This document shows positions 18,049 through 28,434 of a stretch of 46,810 nucleotides of DNA, piece by piece; the first letter of the stretch is position 1; every line of letters begins with the position of its first letter. The DNA is from a virus. Taxonomy: Duplodnaviria > Caudoviricetes. The stretch is taken from IMG/VR virus record IMGVR_UViG_3300032218_002410, positions 1-46,810 of that record; one strand, written 5' to 3'. The position numbers were made by a program, and so were the translations under genes. The notes beneath the pieces are model-generated. The model worked only from the letters and a program-made list of their open reading frames with translations. It did no database searches and was not told where the DNA came from.

Positions 18049-21000
18049 CCTTAATACGTGGTGCTAAAGGTGGCGGTGGCGGCGGCTTCAAAGGCGGTGG
18101 CGGTGGCGGTTCACAGCACACACCAACCGAAGCAGGCAACAGTCTGTTCTCTACGTCCTACGCCAAACTGGTCGATTTGATCAGCGAAGGTGAAATATAT
18201 GGCCTTAAAGATGGGCTGAAATCGATCTACGTTGACAACACACCGCTGCAAAACGCAGACGGATCGTACAACTTTCAAAACGTTAGCGTTTTTACTCGCA
18301 CCGGCACTGACGCAAAAACACAAACCTACATTCCCGGATTTGACGACGTTGGCAACGAAGTTGCTGTTGGTGTCACAGTGCAGCAAGCCACGCCCGTGGT
18401 GCGCAGCATCACCAACACAGCTGTTAACGCAGCGCGGGTCACTATCACCGTGCCTGCGCTTCAGCAAATTCAAGACAACGGTGACATCAACGGCACCAAC
18501 GTGCAGTTACGCATTGCCGTGCAATATAACGGTGGCGGTTATACGACGGTTATTGATGACACGATTAGCGGACGCACCTCGCAGCAATACCAAAAACAAT
18601 ACCTAGTAAACCTCAGCGGCGCATTTCCGGTAGACATCAAAGTCACTCGCGTCACGGACGATAGCGGCAGCGCCAAACTTGCCAATGCTTTTAGCTGGAG
18701 CAGCTATACCGAAGTCACCTACGCCAAGTTGGCCTATCCCAACTCGGCGATAATTGGAATTCGTATTGATTCAGAACAGTTTAGTAGTATTCCTAACCGT
18801 TCATATCGGATTCGTGGCATCAAAGTCAAGATTCCAAGTAACGCCACTGTTGATGGCCCCACCGGAAGGCTAATCTATTCCGGTGTTTGGAATGGCACCT
18901 TTGGCGCGGCGCAATGGTGTAGCGACCCCGCTTGGTGCTTATGGGATTTACTGACCAGTACCCGCTATGGCTTTGGCAATCACATCGACACCAGCCAGCT
19001 TGACAAATGGGCGTTCTATTCCGCTAGCCAGTATTGCTCAGCCTTGGTGCCTAATGGTTTTGGTAGCACAGAGCCGCGTTTTTCTTGCAACGTTAATCTT
19101 CAAACCGAAGAGGACGCTTACAAGCTCATCAACGATATGTGCTCGGTGTTCCGAGCTATGCCGTATTGGAGCACTGGCTCGCTCACGGTCGCACAAGATA
19201 AGCCATCCGATCCCGCCTATCTTTTCACCTACGCCAACGTCGATGAAGCTGCCTTTAATTACAGCGGCTCCAGCCTAAAAACCAGGCCAAACGTGGCTGT
19301 GGTTCAGTACATGGATCTTGACCTTAGAAATACGGCCAGAGAGGTGGTTGAGAACGCGGCAGCGATTGCAAAATACGGAGTTATCAAAACTGAAGTAACC
19401 GCTTTTGCTTGTACCTCTCGGGGTCAAGCTAATCGCGTTGGTGATTGGCTGCTGTACACGGCCAACAATGAAGCTACAGAAACAGTCACTTTTACCGCAT
19501 CCATCGACGCGGGCGTGATAGTGCGCCCTGGCCAGGTCATCGAGATCAGCGACCCCGTGCGGGCTGGCTCAAGGCGCGGCGGACGTATCCACGCGGCTAC
19601 AACAACCGTCATCACCGTCGATGACGCAACTGAGTTAACTAAAGCTGCTACCTATTCTCAAAGTGGAACCACAATTACTGTCACGACAACAACAGCCCAT
19701 GGGCTAGTCGCTGGCGATACCGTGTTGCTGGACTTTACCAGCGGAATTGCAATTGACGGGGCCTACACAGTTGTCACAGCCCTAGCCACCTCTTTTACGG
19801 TCGCTAGTGGTACGAGTGGAACAACAAGTGGCAATGTTTTATGGTCGGCTTTTTCTCCCACAATTTCAGTAATCTTGAGCGATGGAACAGTTCAAACTCG
19901 ATCAGTCTCAAGCATTAGTGGCAATGCAATCACAGTGTCATCTGCGTTCAGCTCCGCGCCCAATGCCAATAGCGTTTGGATCTACGAGACGACCGACCTA
20001 AAAACCACCACTTGGCGGGTGCTGGGCGTACAAGAACAAGATCAATGCAAATATGCCATTACGGCACTGGCATACGACAGCGGCAAATACGATTACATCG
20101 AGCGCGGCGTTGCGCTTCAGGCCCGGAGCGTTAGCAATCTCAACAACGTCCCAGCAGCGCCCACCAACCTCAGCCTTACGGAAGCGCTGTACAAATACCG
20201 CGATCAGGTCAGCTCCAAGATCATCATCACCTGGCAAGGCATCCAAGGCATTAGTCAATATCTGGTCAAATACCGCAAGGACTCCGGCAACTGGACCACG
20301 GTCACAAGGCAACACCAAGAATACGAAATTCTTGATACCACCCCTGGTTTTTTTGAGGTCAACATTTACAGCCTAAGCGCGGGCGGGCAATCGTCTGCCA
20401 CGGCACTTTCCGGCAGCATTGCAGCCCTAGGTAAGACCGCACCACCGGCCAACGTGCCGGCGCTTTATGCCGTACTGGATCCTGACGTTGGTGTCACGTT
20501 GAACTGGGAGCCTGTCACGGATTTGGATATTCAGGGCTATGAAATCTGGCAAGGGCCAGCCTGGGGTAGCGGCACCAAGCTTGGTGTGTTTGCAGCCACC
20601 AGCAAAAAGCTGGGCTTGCTGTCGGCAGGCACTACAACATGGTGGATCAAGGCGCTAGATACCAGCGGGTCTTACAGCACCACAGCTACCAGTGCATCAA
20701 TCACAATCACAGCAGCCGGTAGGCCGACAACCAGCGGTTCATTTAGCAACGACACTTTTAATTTGAAATGGACTGCGGTAGCGGGCAGCTTGAGGACGGC
20801 TTTATACGAAGTGCGTTACGGCACAGTGTTTGATACGTGGGGAACGGCAAACGTGCTTGGCGCCGTTTTGGGGACAACTTATTCAATCAAAGGCACTTGG
20901 GCTTACACGCGTCGATTCTTTGTTGCGGCTATTGATCTTAAAGGCAACGTCGGGGCCAGCGCCACCTACGACGCTGTGATCAGCTTGCCGTATGCACCGA

Positions 21001-21971
21001 CTATCACTCAACAAGTTGTTGATAATAACGTGCTGTTGCAATGGAGTGACACCAAACTGACACTACCTATCACGTCATACGAATTGCGCAAAGGATCTAC
21101 ATACGCTACTTCTACCTTAATCGGCACCAAACAAGGCAGATTTACTACGGTATTTGAATCAGATTCTGGCCTTTACACCTATTGGATTACTGGCATTGAT
21201 TCGGCGGGCAACTACGGAACGCCCGCCTCTGTTAGCGCACAGGTCAATCAACCACCAGACTATGTGCTTAAACTGGATTACAACAGTGCTTTTACAGGTA
21301 CTAAAAAATATATGGTGCCATACGGCACGGGATTGTTAACGCTTGTAAATAGCACAGAAACGTGGACTACGCATTTTACCAGCCGTGGCTGGTCCAGTCC
21401 GCAAGACCAAATTAACGCAGGCTACGACTATTTCTTAATGCCTTCACCAACGGGGGGTCTTTACACAGAGGACATTGATTACGGCGCTGTTCTGTCTGGC
21501 ACCAGAATTACCATGACACTCACATCAAAAGTTGTTGCTGGTAGCATCACTATCACACCAACCATTAAGGTGAAGAAACTTAGCACCGATGCTTGGACCG
21601 TTTATTCAGGTGTTAACTCTGTTTTTGTCACTGATATTCGCTACGTCCGAGCACAGTACGACTTTTTTAGCCCATCAACTAAAAGTTTGACTGAAATAAC
21701 CGGACTAAACGTGCGCCTGGACTCAAAGCTTCGCAATGATTCCGGTAGAGGCACAGCGGTTTCTACGGACAGCGACGGAACGGTCGTGAACTTCAACGTT
21801 GCGTTTGTGGATGTGGACAGCATCTCCGTCACGGCAAGAGGTACGACTGCCGTCACAGCTGTTTACTCATTTACGGATGTAGCGAACCCAACTAGTTTCA
21901 AAGTGCTTTTATTTGATACAACTGGCGCTAGAGTTAGTGGAGCCTTTTCGTGGAGTGCTCGGGGCGTCTAA
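18045..21971 (+). CDS. central tail fibre / host specificity protein J
   Basis: DLISEGEI.G, RSY.IRG.KVKIPSN, W..DPAW..WDLLT..RYG, EPRFSCN, FN3-like repeats. Confidence 0.93.
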   Translation: MTLIRGAKGGGGGGFKGGGGGGSQHTPTEAGNSLFSTSYAKLVDLISEGEIYGLKDGLKSIYVDNTPLQNADGSYNFQNVSVFTRTGTDAKTQTYIPGFDDVGNEVAVGVTVQQATPVVRSITNTAVNAARVTITVPALQQIQDNGDINGTNVQLRIAVQYNGGGYTTVIDDTISGRTSQQYQKQYLVNLSGAFPVDIKVTRVTDDSGSAKLANAFSWSSYTEVTYAKLAYPNSAIIGIRIDSEQFSSIPNRSYRIRGIKVKIPSNATVDGPTGRLIYSGVWNGTFGAAQWCSDPAWCLWDLLTSTRYGFGNHIDTSQLDKWAFYSASQYCSALVPNGFGSTEPRFSCNVNLQTEEDAYKLINDMCSVFRAMPYWSTGSLTVAQDKPSDPAYLFTYANVDEAAFNYSGSSLKTRPNVAVVQYMDLDLRNTAREVVENAAAIAKYGVIKTEVTAFACTSRGQANRVGDWLLYTANNEATETVTFTASIDAGVIVRPGQVIEISDPVRAGSRRGGRIHAATTTVITVDDATELTKAATYSQSGTTITVTTTTAHGLVAGDTVLLDFTSGIAIDGAYTVVTALATSFTVASGTSGTTSGNVLWSAFSPTISVILSDGTVQTRSVSSISGNAITVSSAFSSAPNANSVWIYETTDLKTTTWRVLGVQEQDQCKYAITALAYDSGKYDYIERGVALQARSVSNLNNVPAAPTNLSLTEALYKYRDQVSSKIIITWQGIQGISQYLVKYRKDSGNWTTVTRQHQEYEILDTTPGFFEVNIYSLSAGGQSSATALSGSIAALGKTAPPANVPALYAVLDPDVGVTLNWEPVTDLDIQGYEIWQGPAWGSGTKLGVFAATSKKLGLLSAGTTTWWIKALDTSGSYSTTATSASITITAAGRPTTSGSFSNDTFNLKWTAVAGSLRTALYEVRYGTVFDTWGTANVLGAVLGTTYSIKGTWAYTRRFFVAAIDLKGNVGASATYDAVISLPYAPTITQQVVDNNVLLQWSDTKLTLPITSYELRKGSTYATSTLIGTKQGRFTTVFESDSGLYTYWITGIDSAGNYGTPASVSAQVNQPPDYVLKLDYNSAFTGTKKYMVPYGTGLLTLVNSTETWTTHFTSRGWSSPQDQINAGYDYFLMPSPTGGLYTEDIDYGAVLSGTRITMTLTSKVVAGSITITPTIKVKKLSTDAWTVYSGVNSVFVTDIRYVRAQYDFFSPSTKSLTEITGLNVRLDSKLRNDSGRGTAVSTDSDGTVVNFNVAFVDVDSISVTARGTTAVTAVYSFTDVANPTSFKVLLFDTTGARVSGAFSWSARGV

Positions 21972-23399
21972 ATGGCTGATTGGTCCCTTCCAACGCTGAC
22001 AAGCACCTACGCAAACTTCCTGAGTCAGCTTCAGACTCGGGATACAGACCTTGCTGTTCAGTTTGACGGCACTAGCACCAGCAACCAGCCAACGGGCACC
22101 ATCCGTTGGGATTCGACCGCTGGTCGATGGAAGCGATGGACTGGCACTGCATGGGACGAACTCGCAGCAACCTACGCATTGACTGGTCTGAGCACTACCG
22201 GCAACACATCAGTTGGCGGCACGCTCACAGTTACAGGCGCCACGACGCTGACAGGCGGAGGCACCAGCACCACGCCAGCAACCGATAACAACACCACTGC
22301 TATCGCCACGACGGCGTTTGTGGTTGGCCAGGCAGCAGCTACAGCGCCGATCATGAATGGCACGGCAGCAGTCGGCACCTCGCTGCGTTATGCCCGCCAA
22401 GATCACGTCCACCCAACCGATACAACGGTGGCGCCACTGGCTAGCCCAGCGCTAACAGGAACACCAACAGCTCCAACGGCCAGCATCGGCACCAACACCA
22501 CTCAAATCGCAACGACGGCTTTTGTCCTTGCTAATAACTTAACCAAAAGCGGCGGCACGTTTGATGGTGACATTACAACTCCGAGTCTTAATTCGGGTTC
22601 GTTGGCTGGCACACGCTCCCGGATCATAAATGGCGGAATGCAAATTGATCAACGAAATAATGGCTCCTCAATTTCGTCGGGTGTCGGTGCTGTTACCTAC
22701 ACGGTTGACCGTTGGTATGTTTACGCAACTGGCGCGGCAGTTTCAGCGCAACGGGTTACATCCTCAAGCTCTGATTTTACAAGCGCTTTGCGCATAGTTG
22801 GTGCAACAAGCAATACCGGCATTGTCATTGGTCAACGAATCGAGGCGCAAAACAGTTATGATCTTGCCGGCAAATCGGTTGCATTGTCGTTTTATGCAGC
22901 CAGCAGCGCATCTGTGATGCTGGTCTTTAGTGTTTATTACGCTGGGACTGCAAACAATTTCACCACAAAAACGCTAATCCAAAACGGCAATGCCATTCCT
23001 TCATCTACGCTTCAAAAATACTACGTGCCCCTTTCGCCGCTTCCATCGTCGGCAACAACAGGCTTGGCAGTTGAATTTTCGGTTGCCAGTCTGACATCTG
23101 GCAGCATCGACATCACGGGTGTGCAGCTGGAGCCAGGGTCTCTCGCCACACCTTTCGAGAGAAGGTCGTTTGGGCAAGAGCTGAGTTTGGCACAGAGGTA
23201 TTTTGCAGCGATTCCTACCGGTGTGCCCCCCAGCAGTTGGAATCCGACTCCGCTGAGCTATCCAGTAACCATGAGAGATGTACCAACCATTAGCAATGGC
23301 GGCTCTGGATATACAACGCAAAGGATCACCACAAATAATCTTTACCACAACCAAACGTCTTTTGGTACTCAAACAATCTTTGCCAACGCCGAGCTGTAA
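21972..23399 (+). CDS. tail fibre protein
   Basis: repeated T.IATTAFV, SPALTGTPTAPT, RIINGGMQIDQR and GVQLE.G..ATPFERR...EL..AQRY. Confidence 0.85.
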   Translation: MADWSLPTLTSTYANFLSQLQTRDTDLAVQFDGTSTSNQPTGTIRWDSTAGRWKRWTGTAWDELAATYALTGLSTTGNTSVGGTLTVTGATTLTGGGTSTTPATDNNTTAIATTAFVVGQAAATAPIMNGTAAVGTSLRYARQDHVHPTDTTVAPLASPALTGTPTAPTASIGTNTTQIATTAFVLANNLTKSGGTFDGDITTPSLNSGSLAGTRSRIINGGMQIDQRNNGSSISSGVGAVTYTVDRWYVYATGAAVSAQRVTSSSSDFTSALRIVGATSNTGIVIGQRIEAQNSYDLAGKSVALSFYAASSASVMLVFSVYYAGTANNFTTKTLIQNGNAIPSSTLQKYYVPLSPLPSSATTGLAVEFSVASLTSGSIDITGVQLEPGSLATPFERRSFGQELSLAQRYFAAIPTGVPPSSWNPTPLSYPVTMRDVPTISNGGSGYTTQRITTNNLYHNQTSFGTQTIFANAEL

Positions 23400-23402
23400 C
23401 CC

Positions 23403-23633
23403 ATGACCTACCAACTCACTACTGGCGACACCATCCTCCGCCTTGCGGACAACGCTTTTATTCCGCCCCACAAAGGCAATACCGATTACCGCGATTACCT
23501 GGCGTGGGTTAAAGCCGGCAACACCCCCGAGCCTGCACCGGAACCTGAGCCCGTACCCGAGCCCACTCCAGCAGAGAAGCTCGCAGCAGCCGGGTTGACG
23601 GTTGATGAACTTAGAACTCTCCTTGGGCTCTGA
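23403..23633 (+). CDS. tail fibre assembly chaperone-like protein
   Basis: FIP....NTDY..YL.W...GNTPEPA and EKLAAAGLTVDEL; follows the fibre gene. Confidence 0.7.
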   Translation: MTYQLTTGDTILRLADNAFIPPHKGNTDYRDYLAWVKAGNTPEPAPEPEPVPEPTPAEKLAAAGLTVDELRTLLGL

Positions 23634-23770
23634 TGGCGGTGCGCTCTAAAACCGGCACCGCTCGCATCGAGCACAAGCCCGGACCACCCAAGACGACCAG
23701 TCAAGGTTACGGCCAGCACAGCCGTCCTCGGCGTCGTGGCCGCAAACCCCTCAAAGGTCAAGGCCGATGA
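23633..23770 (+). CDS. small very basic peptide (45 aa, MAVRSKTGTARIEHKPG...RGRKPLKGQGR; not in the ORF track)
   Basis: TGATG coupling to the upstream gene; K/R-rich; GQGR end resembles small cyanophage peptides. Confidence 0.7.
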   Translation: MAVRSKTGTARIEHKPGPPKTTSQGYGQHSRPRRRGRKPLKGQGR

Positions 23771-23814
23771 GACCTCACCTAGTAGGGCGTTAGACTCTAC
23801 CCAGGAGGAACATC

Positions 23815-24153
23815 ATGGCTGTATCACCTGGAACGTACAACTTCACGCTCCAGCGCCGAGCGGATTATGTTTTGCAGCTGCAATTCAAAGACAACACCTC
23901 GTCTCCAATTAACTTAAACGGCTGGACCGTTGCCTCTCAGGTCTGGAACGAGGGTAGAACGAATAAGTTTGCTGACTTTACTGTCACATATACGAACCGC
24001 AGCACCGGAATGGTGCAGCTGTCATTGACGGCTAATCAAACTGCAACCTTTCCCGATGCCGCTTTTTACGACGTACTTTTGACTAATCCCTCTGGTGTCA
24101 AGGAGTACTACCTCCAAGGCATTATCTACGCCTCAGAGGGATACACGGGATGA
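23815..24153 (+). CDS. virion structural protein, BppU N-terminal-like
   Basis: AGGAGG RBS; PINL.G.T..SQV, G...LSLTA.QT and YDV motifs. Confidence 0.65.
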   Translation: MAVSPGTYNFTLQRRADYVLQLQFKDNTSSPINLNGWTVASQVWNEGRTNKFADFTVTYTNRSTGMVQLSLTANQTATFPDAAFYDVLLTNPSGVKEYYLQGIIYASEGYTG

Positions 24154-24428
24154 CCGACATCAACGTCACAACTAGCGTTGTTTACGTCGATGTCACCAAC
24201 GACGGATTGACAACTGTCGTCCAATCCCCTTCAGCACCTGTAGTTATAGACGTAGTTACTCCGGGACCACAAGGAGCGTTTATTCCTCAGAAACTTGCAA
24301 ACTTGGAAGATATGGACGTAACTGGTCTTACAGACCAGGCAGTTGTCTATTACAGCTCTGTGTCCGCTAAATTTAGGGCGGACGGCACCAACACGATTCT
24401 GTCACTCACGGACGGGGGTAATTTCTGA
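24150..24428 (+). CDS. small fibre adaptor-like protein ending DGGNF
   Basis: V.TPGPQG, L..L.D.D motif, C-terminal DGGNF. Confidence 0.6.
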   Translation: MTDINVTTSVVYVDVTNDGLTTVVQSPSAPVVIDVVTPGPQGAFIPQKLANLEDMDVTGLTDQAVVYYSSVSAKFRADGTNTILSLTDGGNF

Positions 24429-25981
24429 TGGCTAACACGGTTCGCATCAAACGCCGCTTAGCCGGAGGTGCCGCCGGGGCTCCTAGCTCCTTGCAAAACG
24501 CAGAACTTGCTTTTAACGAGCAGGATTCCATCCTTTATTACGGTGTAGGAACTGGCGGGGCTGGGGGTTCAGCCACTTCGATCTTGGCGATTGGTGGTCC
24601 TGGCTCTATGGCCACGCTGAGCACTGCTCAGACGATTAGCGGCAATAAGACCTTCACTGGCTCAGTTGACCTTACTGGCGCCACAGCCACCGCTGCAACT
24701 CAACTCACCAGCGACAACAGTACAAAGGTTGCCACCACCGCCTATGTCAAAGGCCAGAGCTACATCACCGGCAACCAAACCATCACTTTCTCTGGTGACG
24801 CCACGGGATCGGGCACGACATCTGTTGCGCTGACGCTGGCAGCAACCGGTACTGCCGGCACCTACACCAAAGTCACCACCGACAGCAAAGGCCGTGTAAC
24901 TTCCGGCACCACTCTCAGCGCTACCGACATCCCGACGCTGACTGCCAGCAAGATCAGCGATTTTGACACCCAGGTCCGCACCAGCCGCCTGGACCAGATG
25001 GCGGCAGCGGCCGCCGACGTGTCGCATGGTGGCTTCAAGATCACCAACGTTGCTGACCCCGTCAGTGCGCAGGACGCCGCCACCAAGGCATACGTCGATT
25101 CCACCGCACAAGGGCTTGACGTTAAGGGTTCAGTCAAAGCGGCCACCACCGCCAACATCACGCTAAGTGCCGCTCAAACCATTGATGGCATTTCGCTGGT
25201 TGCTGGTGATCGTTGCCTAGTCAAAAACCAGACCACGTCTAACCAAAACGGTATTTACGTCGTTTCAGCTAGCGCATGGACCCGTGCCACTGATTTTGAT
25301 GCCTGGGCTGAAGTGCCCGGCGCGTTCACTTTTGTCGAGCAAGGCACAACTCAAGCCGATACAGGTTGGGTCTGCACCGCCGATGCAGGGGGCACGCTCG
25401 GCACCACATCAATCACTTTTGCCCAGTTCTCGGGCGCCGGCACCTATTTGGCCGGTAACGGTCTAGCACTTACCGGCAATAGTTTTTCTGTTACCGGCAC
25501 CAGCAACCGGATCAGCGTCAGCGGTTCCGGCGTCGACATCGCCGCCACTTACGTCGGCCAGACCAGCATCACCACGCTGGGCACCATCGGCACCGGCACT
25601 TGGAACGGCAGCCTCATCGGCGCAACATACGGCGGTACTGGCGTCAACAACGGTTCAAGCACGATCACGCTGGGCGGAAGCCTGACCTTCACTGGCGCAT
25701 TCACCACCGCCTTCACGGTCACTGGCAACACCAGCGTGACCCTGCCGACCACTGGCACCCTTGTCAACAGCGCCGTCACCACGCTTTCAAGCCTGGCCTC
25801 CGTTGGCACCATCACCACCGGCACCTGGAACGGCAGCACCGTTGGCGTTGCCTACGGCGGTACGGGTGCAACCACCCTGACCGGCGTGCTTAAGGGTAAC
25901 GGCACCAGCGCCTTCACCGCTGCGGTGGATGGCACCGACTACCTGAGTCCAAACGCAACCATTGACGGCGGCACCTTCTAA
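24428..25981 (+). CDS. long Thr/Gly-rich fibre protein
   Basis: MANTVRIKRR N-domain, DAATKAYVD, DRCLVKNQT....NGIY, GTWNG repeats, ends IDGGTF. Confidence 0.8.
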   Translation: MANTVRIKRRLAGGAAGAPSSLQNAELAFNEQDSILYYGVGTGGAGGSATSILAIGGPGSMATLSTAQTISGNKTFTGSVDLTGATATAATQLTSDNSTKVATTAYVKGQSYITGNQTITFSGDATGSGTTSVALTLAATGTAGTYTKVTTDSKGRVTSGTTLSATDIPTLTASKISDFDTQVRTSRLDQMAAAAADVSHGGFKITNVADPVSAQDAATKAYVDSTAQGLDVKGSVKAATTANITLSAAQTIDGISLVAGDRCLVKNQTTSNQNGIYVVSASAWTRATDFDAWAEVPGAFTFVEQGTTQADTGWVCTADAGGTLGTTSITFAQFSGAGTYLAGNGLALTGNSFSVTGTSNRISVSGSGVDIAATYVGQTSITTLGTIGTGTWNGSLIGATYGGTGVNNGSSTITLGGSLTFTGAFTTAFTVTGNTSVTLPTTGTLVNSAVTTLSSLASVGTITTGTWNGSTVGVAYGGTGATTLTGVLKGNGTSAFTAAVDGTDYLSPNATIDGGTF

Positions 25982-26029
25982 GGTGCTCCGCTGTCAATTC
26001 CGCCTACATAGGTATTACCGGACAGCCAA

Positions 26030-27562
26030 ATGGCAAACACAGTCAAACTCAAGCGATCAGCAGTAGCCAGCAAGGTTCCGTTGACGACGGACTTGCAGCT
26101 CGGCGAGCTTGCTCTCAACACGTATGACGGCAAGCTCTACACAAAAAAAGATAACGGCACTGCTTCCATCGTCGAGATTGGCGGCGGCAGTGGTGGTGTC
26201 ACTGCAGTTTCTGGAACAGCGCCGATTACAAGCACTGGGGGGACCACTCCAGCCATCGGTATAAGCGCAGCCACAACGTCTGCCGCTGGCTCTATGTCGT
26301 CTGCCGACAAGACAAAGTTGGACGGCATCCAGGCAGGAGCACAGGTCAACGTTGCGACAAACCTTGGCTACACCGATGCGACCAGAGCGCTGACATCAAG
26401 CACCGGCACTGGCGTGACACTGCCATTGGTGACAAGCTCCGCCCCTGGATTAGCTCCCGCAAGCGGTGGCGGCACGACCAACTTCTTGCGTGCAGACGGC
26501 TCATGGGCTGCTCCTGGTGGTGGTGGCGGGGGTGGCTTAACTCAATTTCAAGAGAGCAAATCCACTGCCAGTCCAAATGCCACAACTCCAGTTGATGCGC
26601 TGACTGCCACCGATGCGAGTTATAGCAACATTGACGTGGCTTTAGTCGCCAAGGGCACGGGTGCAACGTTGGCGCAGGTACCCGATGGAACTATGGCTGG
26701 TGGGAACAAGCGAGGGAATTACGCAACAGATTTGCAAAAACAACGATCCAATTCATCTCAAGTTGCGTCTGGCATAAACTCTTCTATTGTTGGCGGAGCA
26801 AACAATCAAAATTCTTCTGACTACGGTTTTATAGGAGGCGGAAGCGACAACCTTGCTCAAACATCTGGGGCAGCAACCATTTGCGGTGGTACTAACCACA
26901 CTTCAACCGGTTACGCTTCTTTTGTTGGAGCTGGTACAAGTAATTACTGTTCAGCAAATAGAGGCGCAATAGTGGGCGGCGCAAACAACATTGCAGCGGG
27001 ATATGCAAGTTTTATTGGTGGCGGCTATACCAATCGAGCTGATGCCGATTATAGCTGTATTCCGGGCGGTGCTTACGGCACAGATCGAAACATTGTCGGC
27101 AATTTTGTTATTGCAGCATGTCTCGATCCGCTTTTATCTTACACACGCGGCACGTGTCAATCTGCTCGCGTTATCCTTGGGGGAAAGACTTCAAGTGCGA
27201 CCCCGCTCGTCCTTACAAGCAATGGTTACTCTGCCTATTTTAATAATCAAATCTATCTCGGGGGATATGCAAATTCCGCTTATAGCTTTGCAGGCGATAT
27301 TATTGCAGGCGTTACGGGTGCCGGAAATACTGCACGTTGGGCTTTTAGCGGCGCAGTCAAACGTGGAGCATCTGGGTCAAACCCAGTTTTTGTAGGAACG
27401 CCTACAATCACAAAAACCCACTCTGATAGCGGCGCATCGACATGGGCTGTAGCATTTAGTATTGATACCACTTATCAGTGCATTTCTGTTACCGTTACTG
27501 GCCAGGCCAGTACCAATATCCGCTGGGTTTGCACTTTTGACACTACCGAGATGACCTTCTAA
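26030..27562 (+). CDS. fibre / receptor-binding protein
   Basis: MANTVKLKRS...GELALNTYDGKLY N-domain, MS..DK.KLDGI, IGGG..N.A repeats; AT-richer 3' half. Confidence 0.8.
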   Translation: MANTVKLKRSAVASKVPLTTDLQLGELALNTYDGKLYTKKDNGTASIVEIGGGSGGVTAVSGTAPITSTGGTTPAIGISAATTSAAGSMSSADKTKLDGIQAGAQVNVATNLGYTDATRALTSSTGTGVTLPLVTSSAPGLAPASGGGTTNFLRADGSWAAPGGGGGGGLTQFQESKSTASPNATTPVDALTATDASYSNIDVALVAKGTGATLAQVPDGTMAGGNKRGNYATDLQKQRSNSSQVASGINSSIVGGANNQNSSDYGFIGGGSDNLAQTSGAATICGGTNHTSTGYASFVGAGTSNYCSANRGAIVGGANNIAAGYASFIGGGYTNRADADYSCIPGGAYGTDRNIVGNFVIAACLDPLLSYTRGTCQSARVILGGKTSSATPLVLTSNGYSAYFNNQIYLGGYANSAYSFAGDIIAGVTGAGNTARWAFSGAVKRGASGSNPVFVGTPTITKTHSDSGASTWAVAFSIDTTYQCISVTVTGQASTNIRWVCTFDTTEMTF

Positions 27563-27837
27563 TGGCCTTCACAACTTCCCTGACCGAAACCAACATCGGC
27601 ATCCCGCTTGCCGATACCTATGCCCGCATCACCCTGCTGCGCTGCGACAAGGAACAGTGCTTAATGCAGGTTTCGCATTACGCGAACGCGGATGCACGTC
27701 ACGCCAATGCACAGCCGGTCTATGACCGCACGGTATTTTCCCCCACGGCTGAGTTGCAGCCTGGCGCCAACCCGCTGGCCATCGGTTACGCCTGGCTGAA
27801 GACCCAACCCGAGTACGCCGACGCGGTGGATTGCTGA
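27562..27837 (+). CDS. putative fibre chaperone
   Basis: TAATG coupling; ends Y.WLKT.PEYADAVDC. Confidence 0.6.
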   Translation: MAFTTSLTETNIGIPLADTYARITLLRCDKEQCLMQVSHYANADARHANAQPVYDRTVFSPTAELQPGANPLAIGYAWLKTQPEYADAVDC

Positions 27838-27906
27838 TGATCGGAACTACTCTACGCAGTAGTTTTTCAAGGCTACAAGCTAGGGTGGGCTAGCTGCCTC
27901 AGTTTT

Positions 27907-28125
27907 GTGCGTCCCTTAGAACGCTCGATGGAAACCGAGCTGCGCCGTGAAACCACGCAGCGCCTGCTCCTTGAACTCCACTCCGACCGTCAGTACGACG
28001 AGCTGCTGGCTGCTGCTGAATTACTTAACGAGCTGTTCACCCATCAGCTCACAATCTCCCGCTGGCTGGCACAGGAAGCTGCTGAAAATCTCGGTGCTCA
28101 GTTTGAAGGCACCCGTGTCCTATAG
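27907..28125 (+). CDS. hypothetical protein
   Basis: helical ORF, co-oriented, fills the gap. Confidence 0.55.
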   Translation: MRPLERSMETELRRETTQRLLLELHSDRQYDELLAAAELLNELFTHQLTISRWLAQEAAENLGAQFEGTRVL

Positions 28126-28170
28126 GGGTCGATAAGATAGCCCTATGACCAGCTTCCTAGGACAAGCTCA

Positions 28171-28410
28171 GTGGACGACCCCCAGAAAAGCCTCCTAGAG
28201 ACGTTTTCGGAAGCGGTCCCACAAGCCCTAGCTGTCGGTCTTATCGCCATTGGTGGTTTGCTGTTTTCGATGCAGGTGTCGTTTGCCAGACTCGATGCCA
28301 ACGTGCAGCAGCTGCTCAAATCCATTGAAGAATTGAAAACCGACACAAGAACGCAGATGACAGACCTGGAAAACAGGGTCCGTGTTTTAGAAATTAAAGA
28401 CGCCCATTAA
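28171..28410 (+). CDS. single-TM + coiled-coil protein (XhlA/holin-like lysis accessory)
   Basis: hydrophobic ALAVGLIAIGGLLF followed by a coiled coil ending LENRVRVLE. Confidence 0.6.
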   Translation: MDDPQKSLLETFSEAVPQALAVGLIAIGGLLFSMQVSFARLDANVQQLLKSIEELKTDTRTQMTDLENRVRVLEIKDAH

Positions 28411-28434
28411 ACTGACGTAGTTATTCCACTACCC

